A stretch of DNA of 64,000 bases, from NCBI RefSeq assembly GCF_054482525.1, contig NZ_CM137006.1. One strand, given 5' to 3'. Below, piece by piece: positions 31,368-43,061 of this stretch. A program made the position numbers and the translations under genes. How positions within the stretch are numbered: position 1 is the first letter of the stretch; each line of letters opens with the position of its first letter. Below the pieces are notes generated by a model. The model had not been told where the DNA came from and made no database searches. It was given only the letters and a program-made list of their open reading frames with translations.

Positions 31368-32096
31368 ATGAGTATTCAATTAAACGGCATTAATTGCTTC
31401 TACGGCGCGCATCAGGCGCTGTTCGATATCACGCTGGATTGCCCACAGGGCGAAACGCTGGTGTTACTTGGCCCCAGCGGCGCGGGTAAAAGCTCGCTGC
31501 TGCGTGTACTCAATCTGCTTGAGATGCCGCGCTCCGGTACGCTCAACATTGCAGGCAACCATTTCGATTTCACCAAAACACCCTCTGACAAAGCGATTCG
31601 CGATTTGCGTCGTAACGTTGGCATGGTGTTTCAGCAATACAACCTGTGGCCGCATCTGACCGTGCAGCAAAACCTGATTGAAGCGCCCTGCCGTGTACTG
31701 GGGTTGAGCAAAGATCAGGCGCTGGCCCGTGCAGAAAAACTGCTGGAACGTCTGCGTCTCAAACCTTATAGCGATCGTTACCCGTTGCATCTTTCTGGTG
31801 GTCAGCAGCAGCGTGTTGCTATTGCCCGTGCGTTGATGATGGAACCGCAGGTACTGCTGTTCGATGAACCGACCGCCGCACTGGACCCGGAAATTACGGC
31901 ACAAATCGTCAGCATCATTCGTGAGTTGGCAGAAACGAATATTACCCAGGTGATCGTCACCCACGAAGTTGAAGTGGCGCGTAAAACCGCCAGCCGAGTG
32001 GTGTATATGGAAAACGGTCATATAGTAGAACAAGGCGACGCGAGCTGCTTTACCGAGCCGCAAACCGAAGCATTTAAAAACTATCTCTCTCACTAA
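31368..32096 (+). CDS. artP: Arginine ABC transporter ATP-binding protein ArtP
   Basis: 242 aa starting [13 protein letters not shown]. Walker [10 protein letters not shown] and LSGGQQQR. Confidence 0.9.
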
Positions 32097-32113
32097 TATT
32101 CGGGATAACAACA

Positions 32114-32845
32114 ATGAAAAAAGTTCTGATTGCCGCGTTAATTGCAGGTTTTAGTCTTTCCGCCACAGCTGCCGAAACCATTCGTTTTGCTACCGAAGCC
32201 TCCTATCCTCCGTTTGAATCGATTGATGCAAACAACCAGATCGTTGGTTTTGACGTCGACCTGGCACAGGCGCTGTGTAAAGAGATTGATGCAACCTGTA
32301 CTTTCTCTAACCAGGCGTTTGACAGCCTGATCCCAAGCCTGAAATTCCGTCGCGTAGAAGCAGTGATGGCGGGCATGGATATCACTCCGGAGCGTGAAAA
32401 GCAGGTGCTGTTTACCACGCCGTACTATGACAACTCTGCCCTGTTTGTGGGTCAGCAAGGCAAATACACCAGTGTTGATCAGCTGAAAGGCAAAAAAGTC
32501 GGCGTTCAGAACGGGACGACACACCAGAAGTTCATTATGGATAAGCACCCGGAAATCACCACCGTTCCGTATGACAGCTACCAGAACGCAAAACTGGATC
32601 TGCAAAACGGTCGTATCGACAGCGTATTCGGTGACACCGCAGTGGTCACCGAGTGGCTGAAAGACAACCCGAAACTGGCGGCAGTGGGCGATAAAGTGAC
32701 CGATAAAGATTACTTCGGTACTGGCCTCGGCATCGCAGTACGCCAGGGCAACACTGAACTGCAGCAGAAACTCAACACTGCGCTGGAAAAAGTGAAGAAA
32801 GATGGCACTTACGAAACCATCTACAACAAATGGTTCCAGAAGTAA
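32114..32845 (+). CDS. artI: Arginine-binding periplasmic protein ArtI
   Basis: 243-aa periplasmic binding protein paralogous to artJ. Synteny. Confidence 0.85.
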   Translation: MKKVLIAALIAGFSLSATAAETIRFATEASYPPFESIDANNQIVGFDVDLAQALCKEIDATCTFSNQAFDSLIPSLKFRRVEAVMAGMDITPEREKQVLFTTPYYDNSALFVGQQGKYTSVDQLKGKKVGVQNGTTHQKFIMDKHPEITTVPYDSYQNAKLDLQNGRIDSVFGDTAVVTEWLKDNPKLAAVGDKVTDKDYFGTGLGIAVRQGNTELQQKLNTALEKVKKDGTYETIYNKWFQK

Positions 32846-32851
32846 TTCCTG

Positions 32852-33568
32852 ATGAATGAATTTTTTCCTTTAGCAAGCGCCGCCGGGATGACCGTCGGCC
32901 TTGCCGTTTGTGCATTGATTGTCGGGCTGGCGCTGGCGATGTTCTTTGCGGTATGGGAGTCTGCGAAATGGCGTCCTGTCGCGTGGGCAGGTTCAGCGCT
33001 GGTAACCATTCTGCGTGGCCTGCCAGAAATTCTGGTGGTGCTGTTTATCTATTTTGGCTCCTCGCAGCTGCTGCTGACGCTTTCGGATGGCTTCACCATC
33101 AATCTTGGGTTCGTGCAGATCCCGGTGCAGATGGACATTGAGAACTTCGACGTTAGCCCGTTCCTTTGTGGTGTCATCGCTCTGTCACTGCTGTATGCCG
33201 CCTATGCCTCGCAAACGCTGCGCGGCGCGTTGAAAGCGGTGCCGGTGGGCCAGTGGGAATCTGGTCAGGCGCTGGGGCTGTCGAAATCGGCTATCTTTTT
33301 CCGTCTGGTGATGCCGCAGATGTGGCGTCATGCGCTGCCTGGTCTCGGTAACCAGTGGCTGGTGCTGCTGAAAGATACCGCGCTGGTCAGTTTGATTAGT
33401 GTGAATGATTTAATGCTGCAAACCAAAAGCATCGCTACCCGTACCCAGGAACCGTTTACCTGGTACATTGTGGCGGCGGCGATTTACCTGGTGATCACCC
33501 TGCTCAGTCAGTACATTCTCAAACGCATTGACCTGCGCGCGACACGTTTTGAGCGGAGGCCCAGCTAA
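32852..33568 (+). CDS. artQ: Arginine ABC transporter permease ArtQ
   Basis: 238-aa membrane permease. Synteny. Confidence 0.85.
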
Positions 33569-34236
33569 TGTTTGAGTATTTACCCGAACTGATGAAAGGG
33601 CTGCACACCAGCCTGACGCTAACCGTTGCCTCGCTGATTGTGGCACTGATTCTGGCATTGATTTTTACCATCATCCTGACACTGAAAACGCCGGTACTGG
33701 TGTGGCTGGTGCGGGGTTATATCACGCTGTTTACCGGTACGCCGCTGCTGGTGCAGATCTTCCTGATTTATTACGGGCCGGGCCAGTTCCCGACGTTGCA
33801 GGAGTATCCGGCACTGTGGCATCTGTTGTCAGAACCGTGGTTATGTGCGCTGATTGCGTTATCGCTGAACAGTGCGGCGTATACCACGCAGCTGTTTTAC
33901 GGTGCAATTCGTGCGATCCCGGAAGGTCAGTGGCAGTCCTGTAGCGCCCTGGGAATGAGCAAAAAAGATACGCTAGCGATCCTGCTGCCGTATGCCTTTA
34001 AACGCTCGCTCTCTTCTTATTCCAACGAAGTGGTGCTGGTGTTCAAAAGTACCTCTCTGGCTTACACCATTACGCTGATGGAAGTGATGGGATACAGCCA
34101 GTTGTTGTACGGACGCACCTACGATGTCATGGTGTTCGGTGCGGCAGGGATTATTTACCTGATTGTTAACGGTCTGTTGACGCTGATGATGCGTCTGATC
34201 GAGCGCAAAGCACTGGCATTCGAACGGCGGAATTAA
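33568..34236 (+). CDS. artM: Arginine ABC transporter permease ArtM
   Basis: 222-aa membrane permease. Synteny. Confidence 0.85.
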   Translation: MFEYLPELMKGLHTSLTLTVASLIVALILALIFTIILTLKTPVLVWLVRGYITLFTGTPLLVQIFLIYYGPGQFPTLQEYPALWHLLSEPWLCALIALSLNSAAYTTQLFYGAIRAIPEGQWQSCSALGMSKKDTLAILLPYAFKRSLSSYSNEVVLVFKSTSLAYTITLMEVMGYSQLLYGRTYDVMVFGAAGIIYLIVNGLLTLMMRLIERKALAFERRN

Positions 34237-34302
34237 TGTAGCTGCGTGCTGATGCCGGATGCGTCGTGGACGTCTTACCCGACCTGCATAGTGCATAAAT
34301 TC

Positions 34303-34337
34303 TTATAATGAAGACGGACAACTCACTAAGTTGTCCG
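34303..34337 (+). terminator. Rho-independent terminator of the artPIQM operon
   Basis: Hairpin GACGGACAACTCACTAAGTTGTCCGTC followed by TTTTTTT. Confidence 0.6.
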
Positions 34338-34461
34338 TCTTTTTTTATTTCATTTAAATTATTTAATCATATTTATTGCATATAAATTCACTTGATGGCA
34401 TTGTTATCCCATGCCGCAGACACGGCCAAAAATCATAAGATTGACAGACGGGAGTTCCATC

Positions 34462-35193
34462 ATGAAAAAGTTAGTTCTTGCCGCTTTACTTGCTTCCTTT
34501 ACTTTCGGTGCTTCTGCCGCAGAGAAAATCAATTTTGGCGTTTCAGCCACCTATCCCCCCTTTGAATCTATAGGTGCTAATAATGAGATTGTCGGCTTTG
34601 ATATCGACCTGGCAAAAGCCTTGTGCAAACAAATGCAGGCAGAATGTACTTTTACTAATCACGCGTTCGACAGCCTGATCCCGTCACTGAAATTCAGAAA
34701 ATATGACGCCGTAATCTCCGGTATGGATATCACCCCGGAGCGTAGCAAACAGGTATCGTTTACCACGCCCTACTATGAAAACTCAGCCGTCGTGATTGCC
34801 AAAAAAGATACCTACAAAACGTTTGCCGATCTGAAAGGCAAACGTATTGGGATGGAAAACGGTACTACGCACCAGAAATATATTCAGGATCAGCACCCGG
34901 AAGTGAAAACTGTCTCCTATGACAGTTATCAGAATGCCTTTATCGATCTGAAAAATGGTCGTATTGATGGGGTATTTGGTGACACAGCGGTGGTTAATGA
35001 ATGGCTGAAAACCAACCCGCAACTGGGCGTTGCGACTGAAAAAGTGACCGATCCGCAATACTTCGGCACCGGCCTGGGTATCGCTGTACGTCCGGATAAC
35101 AAAGCTCTGCTGGAAAAACTGAATAACGCGCTGGCAGCAATTAAAGCTGACGGTACATATCAGAAAATCAATGACCAGTGGTTCCCACAGTAA
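34462..35193 (+). CDS. artJ: Arginine-binding periplasmic protein ArtJ
   Basis: 243 aa from MKKLVLAALLASF. Periplasmic binding protein. Confidence 0.85.
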   Translation: MKKLVLAALLASFTFGASAAEKINFGVSATYPPFESIGANNEIVGFDIDLAKALCKQMQAECTFTNHAFDSLIPSLKFRKYDAVISGMDITPERSKQVSFTTPYYENSAVVIAKKDTYKTFADLKGKRIGMENGTTHQKYIQDQHPEVKTVSYDSYQNAFIDLKNGRIDGVFGDTAVVNEWLKTNPQLGVATEKVTDPQYFGTGLGIAVRPDNKALLEKLNNALAAIKADGTYQKINDQWFPQ

Positions 35194-35221
35194 GATTCAG
35201 AAAGCCGCACCTGCGGCTTTT

Positions 35222-36349
35222 TTATTGCTTCACCAGCAGCGTCAGCACTTCATAGTGCGCGGTGTGCGGGAACATATCAAAAAGCTGTACCCGTTCGATG
35301 CGGTAACCTGGCAGTTCGCGGATATCTTTCGCCATGGTTTGGGCGTTACAGCTGGAGTAGATAATAAAACGCGGTGCCATCGTTGAGAGATAATCACACA
35401 GCGGTTTACCAATGCCGCGGCGCGGCGGGTTAACCAGCACCAGCTCCGGCACTTCCCCCTGGGCGGTGGCAAACTGAGTGGAGTCCAGCGCCTGAAATTG
35501 CAAACGCGTTAAGCCCAGTTCAGCAGCTGACTGATTCGCACAGGCAATGGCCTCTGGTGCAATTTCGATCCCGGTTAACTGCATGTCAAGCGTCGCGCAG
35601 TGTAAACCAAAGCCCCCCACGCCGCAGAAGAGATCCCACATATGGTTTACCGGTAGTTGCCGCACCCAGTCGCGCGCGGTAGCGTAAAGCTGGCTGGCGA
35701 CCGCCGGATTGGTCTGGAAGAAACTTTGCGGACGGATCCACAGCGGTACGTCGTTAAAACGCTCTGCCAGCGCCTGTTGTTCGGTCAGGTAGATCTCCGT
35801 CTCCCCTTCCATGATCGCCATATGTACCGGCTGAATATTGACGGTAATAACTTTTAGCTGCGGCAGTTGTTCCTGTAACCACGGCAGCGCCTTACGCAGT
35901 TGCGCCAGTTTGGTTTCAGAACGCAGTACAAAGCGCAGCATCATACCGCCATCGCTCTGGCTTTCGGTCAGCAGAATGTATTTCAGTTCGCCACGCTTAC
36001 GCGCCACGTTGTAGGGCGTTAACCCCGCTCGGGCGATAAACGGTTTTAGCGCCGCAAAAACGGGCGCAAATGAGGCAGGATAAAGCGGGCAGTCACAAAG
36101 GTCTTCTGGTGTGCCGTCTCGATGCAGCATACCGAGCAGTGGTTTTTCAACGCTACCACTCACCACCATTTTGGCTTTATTACGAAACCCTTGTTCCGGG
36201 CCTGACACCGGCGCGCACCATTCCTCAACCGGAAAGTCGGCGAGCAGATTTTTAAGATCGGCGGTTTTAGCGGAGAGTTGCTCTGGAATCGGCTGCGTTA
36301 TCCACTGACAGGAACGACAGCGACCCGCGTCGTAAAGTGCGCACTGCAT
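35222..36349 (-). CDS. rlmC: 23S rRNA (uracil747-C5)-methyltransferase RlmC
   Basis: 375 aa with N-terminal Cys cluster [12 protein letters not shown]. Synteny. Confidence 0.8.
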   Translation of the reverse strand: MQCALYDAGRCRSCQWITQPIPEQLSAKTADLKNLLADFPVEEWCAPVSGPEQGFRNKAKMVVSGSVEKPLLGMLHRDGTPEDLCDCPLYPASFAPVFAALKPFIARAGLTPYNVARKRGELKYILLTESQSDGGMMLRFVLRSETKLAQLRKALPWLQEQLPQLKVITVNIQPVHMAIMEGETEIYLTEQQALAERFNDVPLWIRPQSFFQTNPAVASQLYATARDWVRQLPVNHMWDLFCGVGGFGLHCATLDMQLTGIEIAPEAIACANQSAAELGLTRLQFQALDSTQFATAQGEVPELVLVNPPRRGIGKPLCDYLSTMAPRFIIYSSCNAQTMAKDIRELPGYRIERVQLFDMFPHTAHYEVLTLLVKQ

Positions 36350-36389
36350 ACATTGACCTTCACATCATCAGGGGCGACGATTATACACA

Positions 36390-36878
36390 TTATTGCAACT
36401 GGAAGAACCGCCGACTGGTCGAGGGAACGAACAGCAGCATCAGGATGAGCATATCCGGCAGCTTCTGCAGCATCAGGCTATGGAAGATTTCACGTTTTGA
36501 TTCACCGGGAATGCTGAACAGCTCCGGATAACCATACCCCAGCGAAGCCGCCCACAAGTAACTTGCGGCCGTGATTTGTGTCAACAGATACAGCCAGCGC
36601 GCCCAGCGACGCCCTTTCACCAGTGAAAACGCACACCAGATCTCAATAAAAACCAACACCAGACTGCTTAAAAAGACCAGCGTTAAACTCCAGGTTTGTA
36701 CGCTGCGATGAATGAACTCGCCAATACCGCGCACGCCCAGCGTATTGAAAATCATCAGCACGTCGAGGCCACGGATCATAATAATGGCGAGCGCCGCCAC
36801 CTGCACCAGCGCAGGCACATTCAGGCGAGCATGAGATGAAGATGTTTTCTTAAAAAATCCCAACGTTTCGTCTTCCAT
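36390..36878 (-). CDS. ybjO: Inner membrane protein YbjO
   Basis: 162-aa membrane protein. Synteny. Confidence 0.7.
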   Translation of the reverse strand: MEDETLGFFKKTSSSHARLNVPALVQVAALAIIMIRGLDVLMIFNTLGVRGIGEFIHRSVQTWSLTLVFLSSLVLVFIEIWCAFSLVKGRRWARWLYLLTQITAASYLWAASLGYGYPELFSIPGESKREIFHSLMLQKLPDMLILMLLFVPSTSRRFFQLQ

Positions 36879-36937
36879 GAAAACAATGCCGCGACATGCG
36901 CGGCATTATGTAGCCAGGTTGGCAAATTTTAGTGTCT

Positions 36938-37783
36938 TCAGCCACGTCTTGCACGCTGGATGTCGCGTATCCGCTGTTTTTCTGCGCGCGCCATCAGATA
37001 CCAGGCGATAAATCCGACAATTCCGACCGCGCCGAGGATCAATGTTGCCAGGGCGTTGATTTCCGGATTCACCCCCATCCGCACGCTGGAAAAGACCAGC
37101 ATCGGTAACGTGGTGGCTCCCGGCCCGGAAACAAAGCTGGCGATCACCAGATCATCAAGCGACAAAGTAAAAGCCAGTAACCAGCCAGAAATGATCGCGG
37201 GCATGATCATCGGTAGCGTAATGACAAAAAACACTTTCAGTGGCGTCGCACCGAGATCCATCGCTGCTTCTTCTATCGAGCTATCCAGTTCCCGCAGACG
37301 CGACGAAATAACGACTGCCACATAAGCCGTACAGAAAGTGACATGCGCCAGCCAGATGGTGAGCATCCCGCGGTCCGCAGGCCAGCCAATGGCATGAGCA
37401 AGCGCGACGAATAACAACAATAGCGACAAGCCCGTGATGACATCTGGCATCACCAGCGGCGCGGTGATCATAAAGGCAAAACCATTTGATCCGCGAAACC
37501 TGCCAAAGCGCACCAGCACGACCGCCGCAATCGTCCCGAGGATCGCCGCCGCCGTCGCCGCACAGGCCGCAATTGTCAGGCTTAAACCAACCGCACTCAT
37601 CATTGCGTCATCGCGCAATAACTCACCATACCAGCGTGTTGACCAGCCGGCCCACACCGTCACCAGCTTCGAGCTGTTGAATGAATAGATCACCAGCATC
37701 AGCATTGGCGCGTAGAGAAAGGTGAAGCCCAGCAGCAAAATCACAATCCGCCAGGGCGAACGAACTACCGGTAAATTATTCAT
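36938..37783 (-). CDS. potI: Putrescine ABC transporter permease PotI
   Basis: 281 aa from MNNLPVVRSPW. Overlaps potH. Confidence 0.85.
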   Translation of the reverse strand: MNNLPVVRSPWRIVILLLGFTFLYAPMLMLVIYSFNSSKLVTVWAGWSTRWYGELLRDDAMMSAVGLSLTIAACAATAAAILGTIAAVVLVRFGRFRGSNGFAFMITAPLVMPDVITGLSLLLLFVALAHAIGWPADRGMLTIWLAHVTFCTAYVAVVISSRLRELDSSIEEAAMDLGATPLKVFFVITLPMIMPAIISGWLLAFTLSLDDLVIASFVSGPGATTLPMLVFSSVRMGVNPEINALATLILGAVGIVGFIAWYLMARAEKQRIRDIQRARRG

Positions 37784-38724
37784 CCGTGTTCTCCCACGCT
37801 TTTTTGCTGATGCTTGTGGAACCACATTATCGGCACAATTAGCAGCAGCAACATGATGATCGCTACCGCTGAGGCCACCGGCCAGTCGCGATTGTTAAAG
37901 AACTCCTGCCATAGCACGCGCCCGATCATGATGCTGTCCGGGCCACCGAGCAGTTCAGGGATCACAAACTCGCCCACAGCCGGGATAAACACCAGCATCG
38001 ATCCGGCAATAATCCCGCCTTTGGTCAGCGGCACGATCACAGTAAAGAACGTTTTCAGCGGTCTTGCACCGAGATCCAGTGCCGCTTCCACCAGCGAATA
38101 ATCAATACGAATCAACGCGGTATAAATCGGCAGCACCATAAACGGCACATAGGCGTAAACAATGCCAATATAAACGGCCAGATTGGTATGCAGAATGGTC
38201 AGAGGTTGATCGATAACCCCCAGCCACAGCAGAAAATTATTCAGCACGCCGTTATTTTTTAATATTCCCATCCAGGCATAAACGCGGATCAGAAACGAGG
38301 TCCACGACGGCAGGATCACCAGTAGTAATAAGATATTACGGGTCGAGGGCTTACTGTGCGCCACCGCCCACGCCAGCGGATAGCCGATCAGTAAACAGCA
38401 AATAGTCGAAATCGCCGCCACCTGTAGCGACTGGAGATAAGCATCGAAATAGAGCGGATCGTCGGTCAGTTGCAGGAAATTACCGAGATTAAGAGTGATG
38501 GAAAGTTGCCCGTCAGCCCACTCCATCAGTTCGGTATAAGGTGGAATGGCGCGCGCCATCTCCGCCAGGCTTATTTTAAAAACGATCAGAAATGGCAGCA
38601 GAAACAGCAGGATTAGCCAGATATAGGGCAGCGCAATCACCAGTTTTCGCCCATGCTTCATTTGCAACTGCGACAGCCACAGCTTAAAGGGTTTTGGCTG
38701 GGCAGCAGGTTCAAGTGTACTCAT
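37780..38724 (-). CDS. potH: Putrescine ABC transporter permease PotH
   Basis: 314-aa membrane permease. Synteny. Confidence 0.85.
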   Translation of the reverse strand: MSTLEPAAQPKPFKLWLSQLQMKHGRKLVIALPYIWLILLFLLPFLIVFKISLAEMARAIPPYTELMEWADGQLSITLNLGNFLQLTDDPLYFDAYLQSLQVAAISTICCLLIGYPLAWAVAHSKPSTRNILLLLVILPSWTSFLIRVYAWMGILKNNGVLNNFLLWLGVIDQPLTILHTNLAVYIGIVYAYVPFMVLPIYTALIRIDYSLVEAALDLGARPLKTFFTVIVPLTKGGIIAGSMLVFIPAVGEFVIPELLGGPDSIMIGRVLWQEFFNNRDWPVASAVAIIMLLLLIVPIMWFHKHQQKSVGEHG

Positions 38725-38733
38725 CTTTGCTCC

Positions 38734-39867
38734 TTAAACCGTCAGCACCACACAGCTGTCCACTTCCCAGCACAAACGCACTTCGTCGCCCCAGGTCGGT
38801 AACCCTTTACGATGACGATGGGCGTTTTGTAGCTGGGCGCTAATCATCTGCCCACTTTTCAGACGAACGTGATACACCGAAAGATCGCCGAGATAGGCAA
38901 TGTGTATCACCTCCCCCACCGCGAAGTTACAACCATTGGCGGGCGGCTCTTCGCAAAGCATGATTTTTTCCGGACGCAGCGCTACGTGTACCGGCACGTT
39001 ATCAACCACTGAAGCATCTGCATCGACTTTCAGTGGGTGCACCAGTCCCGGCGAATAAAGCACCAGACCATCTTCCTGACGCTCTTTGAGTACACCTTCA
39101 AAGACATTAACCGAACCGATAAATTCAGCGCTATAGCGGGTGGTCGGATGCTCATAGATCTCTTCCGGTTCGCCAATCTGGACAAATTTCCCGCGATTCA
39201 TAATGGCGATACGCCCCGCCATGGTCATCGCCTCTTCCTGATCGTGAGTAACCATCACGCAGGTCACACCGACGCGCTCCAGAATATCCACCACTTCAAG
39301 CTGCATCCGGTCACGCAGCTTTTTATCCAGTGCGCCCATCGGCTCATCGAGCAGTAATAGTTTCGGGCGCTTGGCAAGGCTTCGGGCCAGTGCCACACGC
39401 TGTCGCTGACCGCCGGAAAGCTGATGCGGTTTGCGTTTGGCGAACTCCTGCATATGCACCAGCCCGAGCATCTCATTGACCCGGCTGGCAATTTCCGCTT
39501 TCGGCAATTTGTCCTGTTTCAGGCCAAAAGCGATATTCTGTTCCACGGTCATATGCGGAAACAGCGCGTAAGACTGAAACATCATATTGATGGGGCGCAG
39601 GTAAGGCGGTACCTGTGACAAATCGACGCCATCGAGCATAATCTGCCCGACAGAAGGTTGTTCGAAACCTGCCAGCATACGCAGCAGCGTGGACTTGCCA
39701 CAGCCGGATGCGCCCAGCAGCGCGAAGATTTCACCTTTGTAGATGGTCAGGCTGACATCATCCACCGCATGTTGACCATCGTAGGATTTGGTGAGGTTGC
39801 GGATTTCTAATAGCGGCGTCAGCGCCTTACGGGTTTTCGCCTGCGGGCGAGGGATAGCGTCATTCAC
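38734..39867 (-). CDS. potG: Putrescine ABC transporter ATP-binding protein PotG
   Basis: 377 aa. Walker A GASGCGKST and LSGGQRQR. Confidence 0.9.
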   Translation of the reverse strand: MNDAIPRPQAKTRKALTPLLEIRNLTKSYDGQHAVDDVSLTIYKGEIFALLGASGCGKSTLLRMLAGFEQPSVGQIMLDGVDLSQVPPYLRPINMMFQSYALFPHMTVEQNIAFGLKQDKLPKAEIASRVNEMLGLVHMQEFAKRKPHQLSGGQRQRVALARSLAKRPKLLLLDEPMGALDKKLRDRMQLEVVDILERVGVTCVMVTHDQEEAMTMAGRIAIMNRGKFVQIGEPEEIYEHPTTRYSAEFIGSVNVFEGVLKERQEDGLVLYSPGLVHPLKVDADASVVDNVPVHVALRPEKIMLCEEPPANGCNFAVGEVIHIAYLGDLSVYHVRLKSGQMISAQLQNAHRHRKGLPTWGDEVRLCWEVDSCVVLTV

Positions 39868-39998
39868 GGCTGCTCTCCGGCATTGAATGTGTGCAAGCGC
39901 ACCATAATGGTGCGAATTGCCGGCGGGTGTGGTGCGCCTGTCCGGCAGATTAATTTGTCGCAGAACGTCTATTGCTGGCTATCTGTAGGCTGGAACCA

Positions 39999-40040
39999 TC
40001 CCCTCTCCCCTTTGGGGAGAGGGTTAGGGTGAGGGGAAGC
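39999..40040. repeat. Intergenic dyad repeat (boxC-like) between potG and potF
   Basis: CCCCTCTCCCCTTTGGGGAGAGGGTTAGGGTGAGGGG, with internal dyad symmetry. Confidence 0.4.
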
Positions 40041-40071
40041 CCCGTCATACCTGTTCAGCAATCTGAACTGA

Positions 40072-41184
40072 TTATTTTCCGCTCTTCACTTTGGTCCACG
40101 CGCGGGTGCGCACACGGTCTATTTTTGGATCCTGCACTTTCAGAGTGAACAACTTCGCACGAACGTCCGCCGGAGGATAAATCCCTGGATTATCACGCAC
40201 TTCCGCGCTTACCAGCGGCGTAGCTTCTTTGTTCGCGTTGGCATAGAACACATGGTCGGAAATATGCGCCACCACATCCGGGCGCAGCAGGTAATTCAGG
40301 AATTGATAGGCTTCGTCTTTATTTTTGGCATCCGCAGGCATGGCGAAGACATCAAAGAACGCCATCGCCCCTTCTTTCGGAATCGAGAACGAGACATTAA
40401 CGCCATTCTTCGCTTCCTTCGCGCGGTTTGACGCCTGCCAGACATCGCCCGCCCAGCCAATAGCGACGCAGATATCGCCGTTTGCCAGGTCGTTAATGTA
40501 TTGAGATGAATGGAAATAACGAATGTTCGGGCGCAGCTTTAACAGCAGATCGGTTGCCGGTCCGGTGTAATCATCTGCTTTAGTGCTGTTGGGATCTTTA
40601 CCGAGATAATTCAGCACGGTAGCAAACACTTCTTCCGGTGCATCAAGGAAAGAGACACCGCAGCTTTTCAGTTTTTCCAGATTTTCAGGTTTGAGGATCA
40701 AGTCCCAGCTATCGACGGGCGCGTTTTCGCCCAGCACCGCTTTGACTTTATCGACGTTATAGCCAATCCCGGTTGTCGCCCACATATAGGGCATAGCAAA
40801 TTTATTATCCGGGTCGTGTTTGGCAACCAACTTCAGCAGTTCCGGGTCGAGATTCTTCCACTCCGGCAATTTGCTTTTGTCCAGCGGCTGGAAAACTCCC
40901 GCAGTCAACTGGCGTTCAAGAAAGCTTGCTGACGGCACCACCAGGTCAAAGCCGGTGCTACCCGCCATTAATTTGCCTTCCAGTACTTCGTTAGAGTCGA
41001 AAACATCGTAGACGACTTTAATACCGGTTTCTTTTTCAAAATTGGCCACCGTGTCCGGGGCGATATAATCAGACCAGTTATAAATGTGGAGTGTTTTTTG
41101 TTCAGCCGCGAGCGTACCGACAGAGACGGCCATCAGAGCACCCGCAACCAGACCCGATAGCCATTTTTTATTTAAGGCGGTCAT
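40072..41184 (-). CDS. potF: Putrescine-binding periplasmic protein PotF
   Basis: 370 aa from MTALNKKWLSGLVAG. The ORF-track N-terminal extension was trimmed. Confidence 0.85.
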   Translation of the reverse strand: MTALNKKWLSGLVAGALMAVSVGTLAAEQKTLHIYNWSDYIAPDTVANFEKETGIKVVYDVFDSNEVLEGKLMAGSTGFDLVVPSASFLERQLTAGVFQPLDKSKLPEWKNLDPELLKLVAKHDPDNKFAMPYMWATTGIGYNVDKVKAVLGENAPVDSWDLILKPENLEKLKSCGVSFLDAPEEVFATVLNYLGKDPNSTKADDYTGPATDLLLKLRPNIRYFHSSQYINDLANGDICVAIGWAGDVWQASNRAKEAKNGVNVSFSIPKEGAMAFFDVFAMPADAKNKDEAYQFLNYLLRPDVVAHISDHVFYANANKEATPLVSAEVRDNPGIYPPADVRAKLFTLKVQDPKIDRVRTRAWTKVKSGK

Positions 41185-41534
41185 ATCTCTTTCCTTCTGA
41201 AAGTTCGTTAACAAACGAACAAAAGTTGTCACACTGAAAGATATGCAATAAACGTGCATATTTTTTATCGGCGCGGTGTAAGAAAAGAGAACTCTCTCCC
41301 GGCCAGCACTGCTCGCTATATAAAAGCATCGCAAGAATAACTTTAGCCAGGGTTTGAGACTATAGCTCGGATTAAAAAACGGTATTTAACAAATTTTTAT
41401 GCGTATTTGCTCTATGTGATAAAGCCAAATCGGCACAAGAGAAGTGAAATAATCTTTAAGAAAAGGTTAAAAACAGCAGATAATTTTGCAGCACGCAGTC
41501 ACTGCGGCAGCGACTGCGTACTCGAAAGGAGTTA

Positions 41535-42011
41535 TCAGTGGAGGAAATAGTTTTCGGTAACGTTGTTTTGCCCTTCATCGTCAGTCGGTAACAGCAGTTG
41601 ATGGGCATTAGCTTCAAGAATGACCATCGAAATCTGCTCTTCGCTCTGACGCACGAACCATGCAAACTGCTCATAGGTTACGCCCTGCATAACGGATAAA
41701 GACTGGCAAACCACCAGCTTTGGCAGATTATCATCCTGCATATCAAGAAATGCTTTCACGGTCAGCGAACTGGCATTGATGGCTGATAAATCCGCCGCCA
41801 GCGGCAATACGGCTGAAGGTCGGACTTCCGCCATGGCAGAAAACAGGATCGTGTTATCGATCAGATCGATTTTGGCATCAAAGACACCGTCGAAATTCTG
41901 CATATGGGGCAGATGCAGAGCCTGACAGTTATCACATTCAAAAAAACTCATCCCCAGGTCATCGAGCCATTGACGCAACGTATCCAGACCAGGAACGACC
42001 AGCGATGTCAT
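41535..42011 (-). CDS. ybjN: YbjN (putative sensory transduction regulator family)
   Basis: 158 aa from MTSLVVPGLDTLRQWL. Synteny. Confidence 0.75.
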   Translation of the reverse strand: MTSLVVPGLDTLRQWLDDLGMSFFECDNCQALHLPHMQNFDGVFDAKIDLIDNTILFSAMAEVRPSAVLPLAADLSAINASSLTVKAFLDMQDDNLPKLVVCQSLSVMQGVTYEQFAWFVRQSEEQISMVILEANAHQLLLPTDDEGQNNVTENYFLH

Positions 42012-42098
42012 AATTTTGTACAACCTCTTTCGATAAAAAGACCGGCACAGCTTACGCAAAAAGCGCAGGCAAAACCATGATCAGTAATGTGATTGCGA

Positions 42099-43001
42099 CT
42101 AACCACCCGTTTTCAGGCAATATTCGGTCGTAGCGTGGCGTTCGATCCAGCGGATCATTTTACCCGCGATGTCGATACCGGTGGTTTTTTCTATTCCTTC
42201 CAGCCCCGGCGACGCATTCACCTCCATCACCAATGGCCCGCGATTAGCACGCAGAATATCCACACCAGCAACGTCCAGCGCCATCGTTCGCGCGGCTTTT
42301 ATCGCGATTTCACGCTCCTGTGGTGTGATACTGGCGACGCTTGCCGCGCCGCCACGATGCAAATTGGAACGAAAATCGCCCTCTTTCGCCCGCCGTTCAA
42401 TCGCCGCGACCACTTCATCCCCAACAACCAGGCAGCGGATATCGCACCCTTGCGCCTCTTTGATATATTCCTGCACCAGAATATGCGCGTTCAGACCGCG
42501 AAAGGCGTCAATCACGCTTTCCGCCGCCTGACGCGTCTCCGCCAGCACGACACCAATTCCCTGCGTACCTTCAACCAGCTTAACCACCAGCGGCGCACCA
42601 CCGACCATGTCGATTAAATCGCTGGTATCATCCGGCGAATGCGCAATGCCCGTGACAGGCAGGTCGATGCCCTGACGCGCCAGCAGTTGCATGGAACGCA
42701 ATTTGTCACGCGCCCGGGCAATGGCGACCGACTCATTGAGCGGATAGCTCCCCAGCATCTCGAACTGGCGCAGTGCCGCCGTCCCATAAAAGGTAATGGC
42801 GGTGCCAATACGCGGGATCACAGCGTCAAAATGGGGTAACTTGCGGCCTTTGTAGTGAATAGAAGACGCCGCAGGATTTATGTTCATGTAGCAAGAAAGC
42901 GGATCAAGAATTTCAACCAGGTGACCGCGCTGTATAGCGGCTTCACGCAGCCGCTTACACGAATAGAGCGTTCCATCCCGGGACAATATGGCAATTTTCA
43001 C
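42099..43001 (-). CDS. rimK: Ribosomal protein S6 glutamate ligase RimK
   Basis: 300-aa ATP-grasp protein starting [18 protein letters not shown]. Confidence 0.85.
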   Translation of the reverse strand: MKIAILSRDGTLYSCKRLREAAIQRGHLVEILDPLSCYMNINPAASSIHYKGRKLPHFDAVIPRIGTAITFYGTAALRQFEMLGSYPLNESVAIARARDKLRSMQLLARQGIDLPVTGIAHSPDDTSDLIDMVGGAPLVVKLVEGTQGIGVVLAETRQAAESVIDAFRGLNAHILVQEYIKEAQGCDIRCLVVGDEVVAAIERRAKEGDFRSNLHRGGAASVASITPQEREIAIKAARTMALDVAGVDILRANRGPLVMEVNASPGLEGIEKTTGIDIAGKMIRWIERHATTEYCLKTGG

Positions 43002-43061
43002 CCTGCACCTCTCTGTCAGACCTGGTCAAAAGCCCGCGTATCATACATCGGCGTGGCGGTT

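Noticed and set aside
40072-41334. 420-aa ORF-track version of potF with a 50-aa N-terminal extension
   Set aside because: The extension precedes the conserved signal-peptide start MTALNKKWLSGL and would lack a ribosome-binding context. Start trimmed to 41184.
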